Origin: Candidatus Sumerlaeaceae bacterium
GTDB lineage: Bacteria; Sumerlaeota; Sumerlaeia; Sumerlaeales; Sumerlaeaceae
Length of the DNA: 64,000 nucleotides
Assembly (NCBI GenBank): GCA_051003195.1
Contig: JBPCLP010000047.1
Coordinates: 160,401 to 224,400, forward strand
Direction of reading: 5' to 3'
The notes beneath the pieces were generated by a model. It searched no databases, had not been told where the DNA came from, and saw only the letters and a list, made by a program, of their open reading frames with translations. The position numbers were made by a program, and so were the translations under genes. Shown piece by piece: positions 10,370 to 20,871 of this stretch (its first letter is position 1; the number at the start of each line of letters is the position of its first letter).

Positions 10370-10870
10370 CTAAATTGGTTTCTGCGCCGAACGGACAATC
10401 CGCTCTATCACATTGGAAGAAGATTTTCCATCAATGAATGGCACGGTCACTACCTTGCCACCACGACTTTCAACCTCATTTTTGCCAACGATCTCGTCCA
10501 GAATATAATCGCCGCCCTTAACAAGCACGTCGGGCTCGGTGGCTTTAATGATATCGAGCGGGGTATGTTCGGAAAAGACAGTGACATAATCTACCATCTC
10601 CAGCGCCGCAATGATTTTTACGCGCTCGGTTTCGGGGATTAATGGGCGGGCAGGCCCTTTCAGGCGGCGTGTCGATTCATCCGAATTGAGCGCAACAACC
10701 AGGACGTCGCCAAACGACTTCGCCTGTCGAAGATACCGGATGTGTCCAGGGTGGATCAGGTCGAACACGCCGTTAGTGAAAACGACCCGGCGCCCTGCAT
10801 TGCGTTCGACGGCTAGAGCCTCGCGCAGTTTATCTGACGGGAATGCCTCAAGTAAGCCCGGCCTGCTCAC
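10370..10870 (-). CDS. rfaE2: D-glycero-beta-D-manno-heptose 1-phosphate adenylyltransferase (RfaE domain II)
   Basis: VFTNGVFDLIHPGH, LNSDES, LVKGGDY and SSSNVIERI motifs. Confidence 0.9.
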   Translation of the reverse strand: MSRPGLLEAFPSDKLREALAVERNAGRRVVFTNGVFDLIHPGHIRYLRQAKSFGDVLVVALNSDESTRRLKGPARPLIPETERVKIIAALEMVDYVTVFSEHTPLDIIKATEPDVLVKGGDYILDEIVGKNEVESRGGKVVTVPFIDGKSSSNVIERIVRSAQKPI

Positions 10871-12123
10871 GTAGTGGATGGTTCGTCCTTTGCGCTCGCG
10901 TCCGTGGAAGGCTCATCAGCGACGCTAAGGTCCGTCGACTCCGCATCCACAATGGATTCAACACTCTCCGTTGCGGTTTCGGGGTCGTACTTAACTTCAG
11001 CCGCAGGCGAGGACTCGCCCGCAGAAGGTTTACCTGCCGATTCACTTCCGCCAAACAGGCCGAACAGGCCCCGTTTTTTAGGCCTCTCGGCCGCGCCCGA
11101 CTCACTCTCGGCCGCCCCGTCGACCGCACCTGAAGCTTCTGTGCTGGATTCAATGCCAGTCTCGCCGGCCGCTTCCGCCAGCGCATAAATCTCTTTGGGC
11201 CCAAGATCCGTCACTTGTGCTGTCGTTGCGCCCGCAATCCCTCCCGGTGTCGCAAGGAAGTAATTCTCACTCGCCTCCGCCTCAGTTGCAGGTTTTTCGG
11301 CTGCGCTCTGAAACGGGCGAAATGCCGGCTTTTCTCCCGCAGCCGTGTCACCCCTGTTTACAAGTGTCGCAGAATACGCTGCCGAACCACCGGAAGACGG
11401 TTGATGTGATCGATTCGCCGGCATCGGAACCTGGTCGAACGGACCCGTGGAGGAGCTGGGTTTAGTATACTCCGTCGAGGTGGGCCTCGTTAATTCAACC
11501 GTATGGGCCGGTTCAGGCTCCGACTCTTCCTCGCGCGATTCACGTGCATGCGGCCGCCGCACTGCAGTGTGCACCGGCACCCGTTCTGCCACTTCAAAGT
11601 CGCGAATATAAACGTGCACCTCACCAATGCTTGTAATGCCAAGATCTTCCGCCAGCGCCGCGCGCACCCGCTGTATCATCTGGCGCTCCAGCACTGGAAG
11701 ATTACCCTGCGCGCGAACGTCCGTATACAGGTCTGTGCTCACACCAAGTCTTGTATCGCGCAGGTCGATGCGCCTGACAGTGATTCCCGGAAGCTCCGCA
11801 AGCGCGCTGCGAATGTATCGCTTGATAGCAGAATCCATGATGACGACCCGTCCGCCACCCATTTGAACCTCGATTTTCATCTGCTTGCGCGGACGAATGA
11901 TTGTCATCGCCAGCACCAGCAGGCTTGCCGCCGCTAGCGCGAACCACATCCAGAATAGCCCATATCCGGGCCGCATTACCTTGATAAAACTGCGCCCCAA
12001 TTCATTAATGCGTGTCGGCTGGTAATGAAAGATCGTCGGAAGTTCGACCATCAATCCAACGATACTGATTCCGGCCAGCACCAGCAGCAGCAGGATGATG
12101 ATTAGATTTCTGAGGATGCGCAT
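10867..12123 (-). CDS. amaP: AmaP-like alkaline-shock membrane anchor protein with long disordered acidic tail
   Basis: Two N-terminal TM helices and a GxVxI...AI Asp23-like fold. Lies directly downstream of an Asp23 gene. Confidence 0.65.
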   Translation of the reverse strand: MRILRNLIIILLLLVLAGISIVGLMVELPTIFHYQPTRINELGRSFIKVMRPGYGLFWMWFALAAASLLVLAMTIIRPRKQMKIEVQMGGGRVVIMDSAIKRYIRSALAELPGITVRRIDLRDTRLGVSTDLYTDVRAQGNLPVLERQMIQRVRAALAEDLGITSIGEVHVYIRDFEVAERVPVHTAVRRPHARESREEESEPEPAHTVELTRPTSTEYTKPSSSTGPFDQVPMPANRSHQPSSGGSAAYSATLVNRGDTAAGEKPAFRPFQSAAEKPATEAEASENYFLATPGGIAGATTAQVTDLGPKEIYALAEAAGETGIESSTEASGAVDGAAESESGAAERPKKRGLFGLFGGSESAGKPSAGESSPAAEVKYDPETATESVESIVDAESTDLSVADEPSTDASAKDEPSTT

Positions 12124-12262
12124 TTCGCCCCCGACATTAGATTGTGAAAGTGACGTGAGTGCGAAACTACCATGTCGAAAAAGAAGTTCTTATCCATGCG
12201 TCACCGTGATTCTGCGCTCGTTCGGCATACAAATCCTGGCGGATAATTAGGTGGTTACCACA

Positions 12263-12685
12263 CTAAGCGGCCTTGTTTTTCGCGGGTGGCAAGGTGCCCT
12301 CGTTGATCATTCCACGAATCGTGACGTCCACCCGTTCCACCACAAGTCCGGTATAGCTCTCGATCGCATTCTTGATCGCCCGCTGCAATTTGCGCGCAGT
12401 GTCGTACACATTGGCCCCGTACTTGATGTTAATCTCGACGGCAACGCTGCAGCGGTTTTCATTAATTTTGACCGAGATCCCCTTTTCCACGTCCTTGCTT
12501 TTCGCACCATCATAGTCGCTGTAACTGCTGCGCCCACTGAGCGTGATGACGCCGTCCACCTTGACCATTTCAATAGTCGCAATAAATGCGACAACCTCGT
12601 CATTAACGATGATTCGGCCACCATCGGCCTCATAAACGTCACCTTCATCTGGTGACGCGGCACCACTCATCTCCTCGACGCCCAT
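12263..12685 (-). CDS. Asp23/Gls24 family envelope stress protein
   Basis: [46 protein letters not shown]. Confidence 0.9.
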   Translation of the reverse strand: MGVEEMSGAASPDEGDVYEADGGRIIVNDEVVAFIATIEMVKVDGVITLSGRSSYSDYDGAKSKDVEKGISVKINENRCSVAVEINIKYGANVYDTARKLQRAIKNAIESYTGLVVERVDVTIRGMINEGTLPPAKNKAA

Positions 12686-12883
12686 GGCAGGAGCCTCTCC
12701 GCAGCTAGGTGTGTACTGGGATCATCTACAGGCGCGCCGGGAAAGTACGTCATTAAAAATCTGCATCTCCCAGCCAGACTCGCCCAAATTGCGTTTCAGG
12801 AACTCACGCATTTCCCGCGAAAAAACCACTCCTGCGCACATTTTACTGTAAATCACCAGCCGACGGGCGGGGTATTGCAGCCC

Positions 12884-15565
12884 ATGTCCAGCCCACCCAG
12901 CACTTCCACACCCACTTTTGAGAACATCTACCCGCACCGCGAGGTGGAAGCGAAGTGGCAACGCCTGTGGCGCGAGCAAAGCGCCTCCGCCACCTCAGCC
13001 GATCCCGGCGCGGATAAATACTACGTCCTTGAAATGTTCCCGTACCCTTCCGGTCGCCTGCACATGGGCCATTGCCGGGTTTATTCCATCGGCGACGCGC
13101 TGGCGCGGTTCTTCCGCATGCGGGGCAAGGCGGTGCTGCACCCCATGGGCTTCGATGCATTCGGACTGCCCGCCGAGAACGCGGCCATCAAACACCAGGT
13201 GCAACCCGGCGAATGGACCGAGCGCTGCATCTCCGATATGAAAGACCAGTTCGAGCGCATGGGCTTCAGCCTCGACTGGAACCGCGAAGCCGTCACCTGC
13301 CGCCCCGATTATTATAAGTGGAACCAGTGGCTTTTTCTCAAGATGCTGGACCGCGGCCTCGCGTACAAGAAAACAGCCGCCATCAACTGGTGCGACACCT
13401 GCCAGACGGTGCTCGCTAACGAACAGGTTGAGCAGGGTGTCTGCTGGCGCTGCCACAATCCAGTCACCATCAAGAATCTCGAACAGTGGTTCTTCAAAAT
13501 TACGGACTACGCTGAGCAGCTACTGGCCGACCTCGATAAACTCGAGGACTGGCCAGAGAGCGTGAAGACGATGCAGCGCAACTGGATCGGCCGCAGCGAA
13601 GGTGCGCGGGTGAAGTTCAAGCTGCTGCCGAAAGACGCCTGCCTGGAAATCAACGCGGCGATGAAGCAAGCCGCGGGCGATGAACCCAGCGATGAGCCGG
13701 TAATTGTGCATTGGGTAGGCGGAAAGTTCGATGACGTGGAGCAGACCGCCGCCTTCGACGACCTTGAGATTTTCACCACCCGCCCGGACACGCTCTACGG
13801 CGTGACGTTCATGTCGTTCGCCCCCGAGCATCCCATGATGGACGAACTTGTTCGCGGTACCCGGCACGAGCAGCCCGTGCGCGAGTTTACCGCCAGGGTT
13901 GCGCGCGAGGACCGTTTCCTGCGCACGGCCGCCGACCGCGAGAAGGAAGGCGTGTTCACGGGACGGTACGCAGTGAACCCTCTCAACGGCGACGTGGTGC
14001 CGATTTATGCCGCGAACTTCGTACTGATGGAATATGGCACCGGCGCGGTGATGGCCGTCCCGGCCCACGACCAGCGCGACTTTGAATTCGCGCGCAAATA
14101 CGACATTCCGATCAAGGTCGTGATCCAGCCCGACCAGGCCATCGAGCCAGACTCCATGGACGCAGCCTACGTCGAACCTGGAACCCTGGTTCAAAGCGGC
14201 CCGTTCGATGGCACACCATCTGAAGCCGCAAAGGCCGCCATCATCGCGCACCTTGAGCGGCAGGGGATAGGCAGCCGCACAATCCAGTACAAGTTGCGCG
14301 ACTGGCTCGTCTCCCGCCAGCGCTTCTGGGGCACCCCTATTCCTATCGTATATTGCGACAAGTGCGGCATGGTTCCTGTCCCCGAAGCCGAACTACCGGT
14401 GCGTCTGCCGTCCCATGCGGCGTTCACCGGCTCAGGCAATCCGCTTGCCAACTCCGAAGACTTCGTTCGCACCCCGTGCCCGAAGTGCGGAAAGGACGCG
14501 CGCCGGGAGACCGACACGATGGACACCTTTGTCGATTCCTCGTGGTACTTCCTGCGCTACTGCGATCCAACCAACGAATCGATGCCCTTCTCCAGAGACG
14601 CCGCAAACCAATGGATGCCCGTCGACCAGTACATTGGCGGAATCGAGCACGCCATTCTCCATCTGCTTTACTCGCGGTTTTTTGTCAAAGTCCTGCGCGA
14701 CCTCGGCCTCGTAAATGCCGATGAACCCTTCCAGCGTCTGCTGGCACAGGGCATGGTAACCAACACCTGGATCGACAAAAATACCGGCAAAATTGCCGTC
14801 GACGAGAACGGCCGGCCAAAGCAGGCCAAGATGTCCAAGTCCCTCGGCAATGGCGTTGATCCACTCGACATCATCGACGAGTACGGCGCCGACACCGCTC
14901 GCATGTTCATCCTGTTCGCTGCGCCCGCCGAGAAAGAACTCGAGTGGACCGACGAAGGCGTTAATGGCCAGCACAAATTCCTGAACCGCGTCTGGCGACT
15001 CGTGCAGGCAACATCCGACGCCTGCGCCGTTGCGCCCGAAGAAGCTGCCGAACTGGCGCCCGGCAACGCGAACGACCGCGAGCTTGCCTATGAGATCAGC
15101 CGCGCCATCCATCGCGTCGGTGTGGAGATGGGGGAGAGACACCATTTCAACACCTCCATCGCCGCGATCATGGAACTGAGCAACGCAATCCACAGCTACC
15201 TGGGCAGCGCGCACGAAATCGAACGCATGACCGTCGGCTTTGGTGTGCGCTCGCTGCTGCTGTTGCTCTATCCTTTCGCACCGCACATAACCAGCGAGCT
15301 GTGGGAACGCGCAGGCTTCCCCGGTTTCATTCATCAGCAGCCATTTCCCGTGCCCAATCCAGCAGCACTGCAGCGCGATGAAATGGAACTGGCGCTCCAG
15401 GTGAACGGCAAGATCCGCTCAAAGCTGATGATCGCCAGCTCAGCTTCCGAAGACGACATCAAAGCCGCTGCCCTGCAGGATGAAAAAGTGCAGGCCCACC
15501 TCGAAAACCGCACACCTAAAAAAGTAATCTACGTGCGCGGAAAGCTCGTCAACGTCGTGGGCTGA
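12884..15565 (+). CDS. leuS: Leucine--tRNA ligase
   Basis: [35 protein letters not shown] and KMSKS motifs. Confidence 0.98.
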   Translation: MSSPPSTSTPTFENIYPHREVEAKWQRLWREQSASATSADPGADKYYVLEMFPYPSGRLHMGHCRVYSIGDALARFFRMRGKAVLHPMGFDAFGLPAENAAIKHQVQPGEWTERCISDMKDQFERMGFSLDWNREAVTCRPDYYKWNQWLFLKMLDRGLAYKKTAAINWCDTCQTVLANEQVEQGVCWRCHNPVTIKNLEQWFFKITDYAEQLLADLDKLEDWPESVKTMQRNWIGRSEGARVKFKLLPKDACLEINAAMKQAAGDEPSDEPVIVHWVGGKFDDVEQTAAFDDLEIFTTRPDTLYGVTFMSFAPEHPMMDELVRGTRHEQPVREFTARVAREDRFLRTAADREKEGVFTGRYAVNPLNGDVVPIYAANFVLMEYGTGAVMAVPAHDQRDFEFARKYDIPIKVVIQPDQAIEPDSMDAAYVEPGTLVQSGPFDGTPSEAAKAAIIAHLERQGIGSRTIQYKLRDWLVSRQRFWGTPIPIVYCDKCGMVPVPEAELPVRLPSHAAFTGSGNPLANSEDFVRTPCPKCGKDARRETDTMDTFVDSSWYFLRYCDPTNESMPFSRDAANQWMPVDQYIGGIEHAILHLLYSRFFVKVLRDLGLVNADEPFQRLLAQGMVTNTWIDKNTGKIAVDENGRPKQAKMSKSLGNGVDPLDIIDEYGADTARMFILFAAPAEKELEWTDEGVNGQHKFLNRVWRLVQATSDACAVAPEEAAELAPGNANDRELAYEISRAIHRVGVEMGERHHFNTSIAAIMELSNAIHSYLGSAHEIERMTVGFGVRSLLLLLYPFAPHITSELWERAGFPGFIHQQPFPVPNPAALQRDEMELALQVNGKIRSKLMIASSASEDDIKAAALQDEKVQAHLENRTPKKVIYVRGKLVNVVG

Positions 15566-15595
15566 ACTCGTGTAGTGTATCGCGCATCCTGCGCG

Positions 15596-15618
15596 GTAGA
15601 GCAGGCTTCCAGCCTGCT
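15596..15618 (+). repeat. GTAG-type REP palindrome
   Basis: GTAG followed by AGCAGGCT-TCC-AGCCTGCT just downstream of leuS. Confidence 0.6.
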
Positions 15619-15728
15619 GCGAGAAGAAGACTCAATCAGTCTTAGAAGCGCCGGGTAAATGACTCGAGCCCTGCGCTACCCAAAGCGGCGGCAAGCCGCG
15701 CGCACTCCAAAATCCAGCGCCGAGCCTC

Positions 15729-15766
15729 AATCAAAGCTAATCAAAGCTAATCAAAACTAATCAAAC
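15729..15766. repeat. 10-bp tandem repeat (AATCAAAGCT)x~4
   Basis: aatcaaagct aatcaaagct aatcaaaact aatcaaac. Confidence 0.85.
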
Positions 15767-16524
15767 AATTGCGTCTCTCATTGGCATTTCACGCTTTAAA
15801 TCAAACAGGCCGATGGGGTAATTTCGCCCTTTGATTTCCGTAATGTTCAGATCATGTTGCCTCCGGTTCTTTTGTTTTTCGGTCGGGAGGCGTGTGAGGC
15901 GAATGCGGATTGCGGATTGCGGAGTTCAAGCCGGAATCGGAATCGTCGGCGCAAGGATGGCAGGTTGCGTTGCCAGGGTCATCATAATGTCTCCTTCCTG
16001 CTTTCAAGTTCAAGTTGGTAATTTCGCCACTTGAATAGCGGTAATCCTCGCGTAAGGTTTCGCCGGGCCGAGTGGTCCGCGGGGCTTGCCGGATGGGTGG
16101 CTTTTTCCGTCAAGCGCAAAGACATAAAACGCCACGCGGATTGGGCGCAGACGTGCCCTCTGCCGTCGGTCACGGCGTACGAGGCTGCATAGTTGTCAAA
16201 GAACGTGTTCAGCTTAGCTTTACTACGCGGGCAGGTATACACCAGTTCTGGAGAGCGTGTCACTTCCCTGGCGTCACCTTAGCGTGGGCTAAGTCCAATA
16301 AAGTCGAAGAGAGTTTTTTGGGCGAAGGTGCGCTGGTGCGTGCGGGCAACTTTGGATGAAGGTCCTTGCTCGACGTGCGATAGCGATGAGACCTTCCGTG
16401 AGAAAGTTGATCGTCGAGAGTGCGAAGGGGACGGTCGGCCACGTCCCCGTAACTTCCTACCGCGAACGTTATTCTGTCCCCGTTATTCTACGTGTTGACA
16501 ATCACGGCGAGACGGTAGAGATAT

Positions 16525-16857
16525 CTAAGTGCGCCTGATCAACACGCGCTTTATTCTCATGCAACCTGTAGTTTCTTCAGTAGTGAAAAACGCGTCCGTA
16601 TACTGAACATTGGCAATCATTAATAGTTCTCCGGGCCTTGGAATTACGGGCGAGAGCCTCAACTGCTCATCATTGGCAATCTTAATGCTGTTGCGGATTG
16701 ATTCAGGCAGAGCTTCCACACATGTACCTTCCACTATGTGTTTTGCCATCATTTCGTCAATGCTCAAAAAGGAGCGGACATAGTAAGTCCTAACAAACAC
16801 AGTTATTATGATGCCTAATAGGATCGCGCTTATTAGAAAAAGTAATCTGCGTTTCAT
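16525..16857 (-). CDS. Small AT-rich membrane-anchored hypothetical protein
   Basis: MKRR followed by a hydrophobic helix. Visibly AT-richer than its neighbours. Confidence 0.5.
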   Translation of the reverse strand: MKRRLLFLISAILLGIIITVFVRTYYVRSFLSIDEMMAKHIVEGTCVEALPESIRNSIKIANDEQLRLSPVIPRPGELLMIANVQYTDAFFTTEETTGCMRIKRVLIRRT

Positions 16858-16931
16858 TTTACAGGCTTTTTTCTTTCGCCTTTATACTTGTTTGCGCAGC
16901 AGCTTTCGCACGAACGCTACGCGCGAATCCC

Positions 16932-17010
16932 GTGTGCCGAATCCGCAGTTCATTACCAGACCAAAGGGTAAACTACCCTCGATTCGGCACACCGAACTGA
17001 TTACGAACTA
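16932..17010. repeat. ~60-bp element with 12-bp inverted ends plus a CCGAACTGATTAC motif
   Basis: GTGTGCCGAATC (16932-16943) and GATTCGGCACAC (16981-16992) are exact reverse complements. Related copies near 12172, 28238, 34158 and 36685. Confidence 0.6.
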
Positions 17011-17028
17011 ACCGTAGATCAGATCTGG

Positions 17029-17931
17029 TCAGTGAAACTGCTCCAGCTTCTTCGCGATATTCTCCAGCTGGTCAGCTGCTTCGTCCAGGTGCTTGCCCAG
17101 CGACTTGATGACTTCGTCTACCTGATCGAGGTCGCCGTTCAGCTCATTCTGCTGCTGCTTCACCGCGTCCTGGGCCTTTTGAACATCCTCCGCAATTTCG
17201 TGTCCTTCGCTTACCAGCTTGTCCACAACCTGCCGGGCTGTCTGAAGCGCCTCGCCAAATGCGGACTGCGCCTTGGCTGCTGTCTCCTGTAACAGCACGT
17301 CCAGCTTGTCCTGCACGGTATTGTCGATCGTATCGATCTCGTCGCCGAGCTTGCGCGTCTGATCCTCGATCTGCTGCTTCGCCTCTTCGAAAAATGTGTC
17401 CAGCTGATGCCCATGCTGCTCCAGCTCGCTCTGGTTGGTCTTCAGCTCATTGGTCACTTTATCAAAACCCTGCTGCGCCATGGCCATTTCCTGCGCCAGC
17501 TTATTTTCCACCTCTTCGGCCTTTGTATCGAGCTCGGCCAGGTCCTTTTCGGTGTCGTTCAGAACTTCGTCCATCTCGGCAGCGAGCTTCTTCGCTTCGT
17601 CGTGGAAGGATTGTACGTCCTGCTCGAGTTGCTCCATCTCGTCCTCAGCCTTTTTCTGCACCTGTTGGAGGCGGGATTCCAGCTCGTCGAGCATGGTGTC
17701 CAGTTCCTTGTGCGCCTCAGTGCGCGCTTCGCGCAGTGCCTCGATCTTGTGCTGCAGATCGGTATGCTTTTGATCGAGCTTGTCTGCTTCTTTCTCCATG
17801 TCAGCCGCTGCCTGGTCGGCGTCGTTCATCGTATCTTCGAACTTATCGTGGGCCTTCTTCAGCTTGACCGTGGTGGCCTCGAGCATAGTTTCCAGTTCAT
17901 TGCTCAGGTCTACGAGTGTCTCTTCAGCCAT
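17029..17931 (-). CDS. Acidic all-helical (apolipoprotein/coiled-coil-like) protein 4
   Basis: 300 aa, rich in E/D/K/Q/L/A, no Pro, amphipathic periodicity, GGAG RBS. Confidence 0.8.
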   Translation of the reverse strand: MAEETLVDLSNELETMLEATTVKLKKAHDKFEDTMNDADQAAADMEKEADKLDQKHTDLQHKIEALREARTEAHKELDTMLDELESRLQQVQKKAEDEMEQLEQDVQSFHDEAKKLAAEMDEVLNDTEKDLAELDTKAEEVENKLAQEMAMAQQGFDKVTNELKTNQSELEQHGHQLDTFFEEAKQQIEDQTRKLGDEIDTIDNTVQDKLDVLLQETAAKAQSAFGEALQTARQVVDKLVSEGHEIAEDVQKAQDAVKQQQNELNGDLDQVDEVIKSLGKHLDEAADQLENIAKKLEQFH

Positions 17932-17968
17932 GTTGTCTCTCCAGCTCTAATTCGGTTACGCCGCGCGC

Positions 17969-18820
17969 TCAGCGCCAGTCCACGTTCATTTTACCCACGG
18001 TTTCGCGTGCCGATTCCAGGCTGCGCTCCAGTGGCTTCACAACTTCATCCAGTTCCTTGATGGCCGGCTCCAGCTCGCGCGTCGCATTGTCGAGGTCCCT
18101 GGCAAGCTGGTATACTTTATCACCGAAATCCCGCATGGTCTCTTCGAGTTCGTCCGTCTCCTGGCGCAACTCCTTACGCATACCGTCATGCAGCTCTTTT
18201 TCCATCTCCGTAATAAACTCCTGCATCGGGTCCCCGACCGCCTCATCAAGCGCCTGCATAAGCCGTCCGCCGAGGTTGTCGGCCGATGCGGAAAGCGATG
18301 CCTCGATCTTTCCAATTTCTTCCCGCACGATCTGCTGGGCTTCCTGCAACTCGGCCTGTAGCAGAGCCACCCCTTTCTCAGCGTGTTCGACAACGTCGTC
18401 CGCCGCCTTCTTCAGGTCCTGCATCTCCTGCTGCGCCTCGTTGATCGATTGGGAAAGCGAGTGCTTGGTCTGTTCCATCTTTGTGTGCAGCGCGGCAACG
18501 CCTTGTTCCACTTGCGTCATCCCGTTGGCGATCGTCTGCTGCCCCTGGTCCAGCCGGGTCTTCATCGCCTCAAGTGTCTGGCATGTTTCGTGGATGGTCG
18601 TCTCGAGGCTCTGCTTTCGCGCGCGCGTCTGGTCGAACAGATTCTTCAGCGCCAGCGCCATGTCCTCGATGCGTTTCTGGAATTCGTCGCGCTGTTGTTT
18701 CTGCTCGGTTGCCAGCCCCTCGAAAAAGCCGGTGACTGTGTCCCAAAGAGCCTTCGCACCGCTTTCGACAGTGCTGATCACAGTACCTAGTATCTTATCC
18801 TGGTCGTCAGACATGACCAT
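17969..18820 (-). CDS. Acidic all-helical (apolipoprotein/coiled-coil-like) protein 3
   Basis: 283 aa, same composition, GAGG RBS. Alternative start at 18814. Confidence 0.8.
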   Translation of the reverse strand: MVMSDDQDKILGTVISTVESGAKALWDTVTGFFEGLATEQKQQRDEFQKRIEDMALALKNLFDQTRARKQSLETTIHETCQTLEAMKTRLDQGQQTIANGMTQVEQGVAALHTKMEQTKHSLSQSINEAQQEMQDLKKAADDVVEHAEKGVALLQAELQEAQQIVREEIGKIEASLSASADNLGGRLMQALDEAVGDPMQEFITEMEKELHDGMRKELRQETDELEETMRDFGDKVYQLARDLDNATRELEPAIKELDEVVKPLERSLESARETVGKMNVDWR

Positions 18821-18845
18821 CCTTCCTCATAATCCTGGTGTGTAA

Positions 18846-19835
18846 TTAATCGCCGTACGAGGCGGCAGCCTGCTGGAATTCCTTCAGCGCGTCCTGCGCA
18901 CCGCCCAGAAGTTCCATGCTCTTATTCATTTCCTTCGCGGCATCGACACCGTTGTTCAATGCGTCGATCATCTCATCAAGGCTCTGCTTCAGTTCGCCCA
19001 ACGGCTTTTTAATGTCGTCGTCGAGACCCTTTTCGATCTCTTCAAGTTCTGTCTCTTCGAAAAGGTCGGCCAGTTCTTTCATGGATGTATTGGTAAGCTG
19101 CGTCAGGCCATCCAGGAAGGCGTCACCATTCTTTTCAAATTCTTCGAAAGAGTTGTCAAAGCTCTTGGAGCATTTCTCCAGAGCGCCCTCGATCTGCTCT
19201 TCGTATTTGTCGTCGAGGCCATCTTCGTATTGCTTCAGTGCGTCTTTGGCTTTGTCGGCCAGTTCCTCTTCCAGCTTGTCGGCGAGCTTATCGAGAAGAT
19301 CAGTCACTTCCTGGTGCAGGGTACTCGTCTCTTTGGTTTCGTTGTCGAGATGCTGGTCCAGTTCGTCGAACTCGGTCTCAGTTTGCTGGCGCAGCTGTTT
19401 GCCTTTGTTGATCATCTCCTGCACAGAGGCCAGGAATTTCGTGCGCTCCTGCTCCAGCTCATCGGCTTCCTCGTTAAGGTCCTGGTCGCCCGCATCCACA
19501 GCTTTATCGAATTCCTGCTGCAGCTCTTCTATTTCGCGGTGCAGATTCTCAGCGCGATCCCTGGCTTCCTCAATGACGTGCCGCGTCTCATCAACGACAG
19601 ACGATATCTCGCTGCGGGTCGTGGCGAGGGCGGTTTGCTGGTCCTCCAGCGTCTGGTCGAAATCGTCATAATCCGACTCGAGTTTTTCGCGCGCTTCTTC
19701 GCGCTCCTCGATCTCTTTATCGAGGTACTCCATGTTGGCGTAGATCGCTTCGTCCGCTTCTTTCAGATCGTGGAGCAGCTTCTCAAACTTGTCCATGATC
19801 TGGTCGTAATACGCCCAGCACTTTTCGATGCTCAT
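18846..19835 (-). CDS. Acidic all-helical (apolipoprotein/coiled-coil-like) protein 2
   Basis: 329 aa, very D/E-rich amphipathic helices. Confidence 0.8.
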   Translation of the reverse strand: MSIEKCWAYYDQIMDKFEKLLHDLKEADEAIYANMEYLDKEIEEREEAREKLESDYDDFDQTLEDQQTALATTRSEISSVVDETRHVIEEARDRAENLHREIEELQQEFDKAVDAGDQDLNEEADELEQERTKFLASVQEMINKGKQLRQQTETEFDELDQHLDNETKETSTLHQEVTDLLDKLADKLEEELADKAKDALKQYEDGLDDKYEEQIEGALEKCSKSFDNSFEEFEKNGDAFLDGLTQLTNTSMKELADLFEETELEEIEKGLDDDIKKPLGELKQSLDEMIDALNNGVDAAKEMNKSMELLGGAQDALKEFQQAAASYGD

Positions 19836-19947
19836 CGTGAGGTCCTCTGCCCGTCCTGATGTGTTGTTCGACTATATGAAAGTGATTGGCTACTGCATGT
19901 AAGAGTTAGCGTACTGCAAAAACCTGTGTTTCGGATACTCCAACAAA

Positions 19948-20871
19948 TCAGTCCAGCAGGCCCTCGATCGCTTCGAGGTCTGCTTTCCTGAGTTCTTTCA
20001 AGAAATCTCCGAGGTCCTCGCTGCCGCGAGCGACGTCGCCGTGCAGTTGCTCGATGTCGTTCACGGGACCGCCGGATGTCACCATTTCCCGAACTTCCTC
20101 CGCCTTCTTCTCGACCTTCTTGATCGCGTCGGTCACGTCCTGCGCTGCTTCGGGCAGCTCGTCTTTCGCATATTCGTTAAACCGCTTGATCAGGTCGTTG
20201 AGCGCTTCGTCGACGGACTCTTTCAGATTAGTGAGCGCCACATCCAGTTCCTTATGCAGCTTGTTGTTCGCATCCTCGATCTCGTCGAGCACGCCTTTGA
20301 CCCCGTCCTTGATATCGTCGTGCATTTCACCGGACGATTTCATGAGGTCCTGCTGCTTGTCCTCGATCTCCTTCAGCGTATCGTCTACGGCCTTGTGCAG
20401 GTCGTCGATTTTCTCGTCGGACTCGGTTAGGTGTTTGCCCATCTCGGTCACATACTCGTCCGAAAGAGTCTGGAGTTGCTCGAGCTGGTCGCGCAGTTCG
20501 TGCAGGTGGCCCGGTATATCGTGCAATTTGCCTTCCAGCGTTTTTCGAAAACGCGCGACACCTGCGACGATGTCGTTCTCGACTTCGTCCAGCTGGTCGT
20601 CGACCTTCTGGATGGCTGCTTTCGCTTCCTCGGTCCGGTCGTGCAACTCTTCCATCTCGTGGTCGAGGTACTGGTCCATTTCGTCGATGTCCTGGTGCAA
20701 ATCCTCGAGCCGGTTCTCGATTTTCGCACGCCCGTCGTCGACCACCTGGTCAAGATCGACGTTGTGCCTCTTGAAATCTTCCGCGGTCTCGTCGAGCTCT
20801 TCGGTATGCTTCCGGACCTCAAGCGCGAGCTCAATCCCCGCTTCGATCATCTCGCCTAGTGAACTAGACAT
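19948..20871 (-). CDS. Acidic all-helical (apolipoprotein/coiled-coil-like) protein 1
   Basis: 307 aa, same composition. Start overlaps the upstream ORF by 8 bp. Confidence 0.8.
   Translation of the reverse strand: MSSSLGEMIEAGIELALEVRKHTEELDETAEDFKRHNVDLDQVVDDGRAKIENRLEDLHQDIDEMDQYLDHEMEELHDRTEEAKAAIQKVDDQLDEVENDIVAGVARFRKTLEGKLHDIPGHLHELRDQLEQLQTLSDEYVTEMGKHLTESDEKIDDLHKAVDDTLKEIEDKQQDLMKSSGEMHDDIKDGVKGVLDEIEDANNKLHKELDVALTNLKESVDEALNDLIKRFNEYAKDELPEAAQDVTDAIKKVEKKAEEVREMVTSGGPVNDIEQLHGDVARGSEDLGDFLKELRKADLEAIEGLLD

Noticed and set aside
15780..16520. Unassigned ~750-bp region; possible ncRNA or gene remnant
   Set aside because: No recognisable RNA motif or convincing ORF by eye. An Rfam/BLASTX search would be needed.
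16932..16992. Integron attC site
   Set aside because: Lacks RYYYAAC...GTTRRRY ends, and there is no integron integrase in the window.
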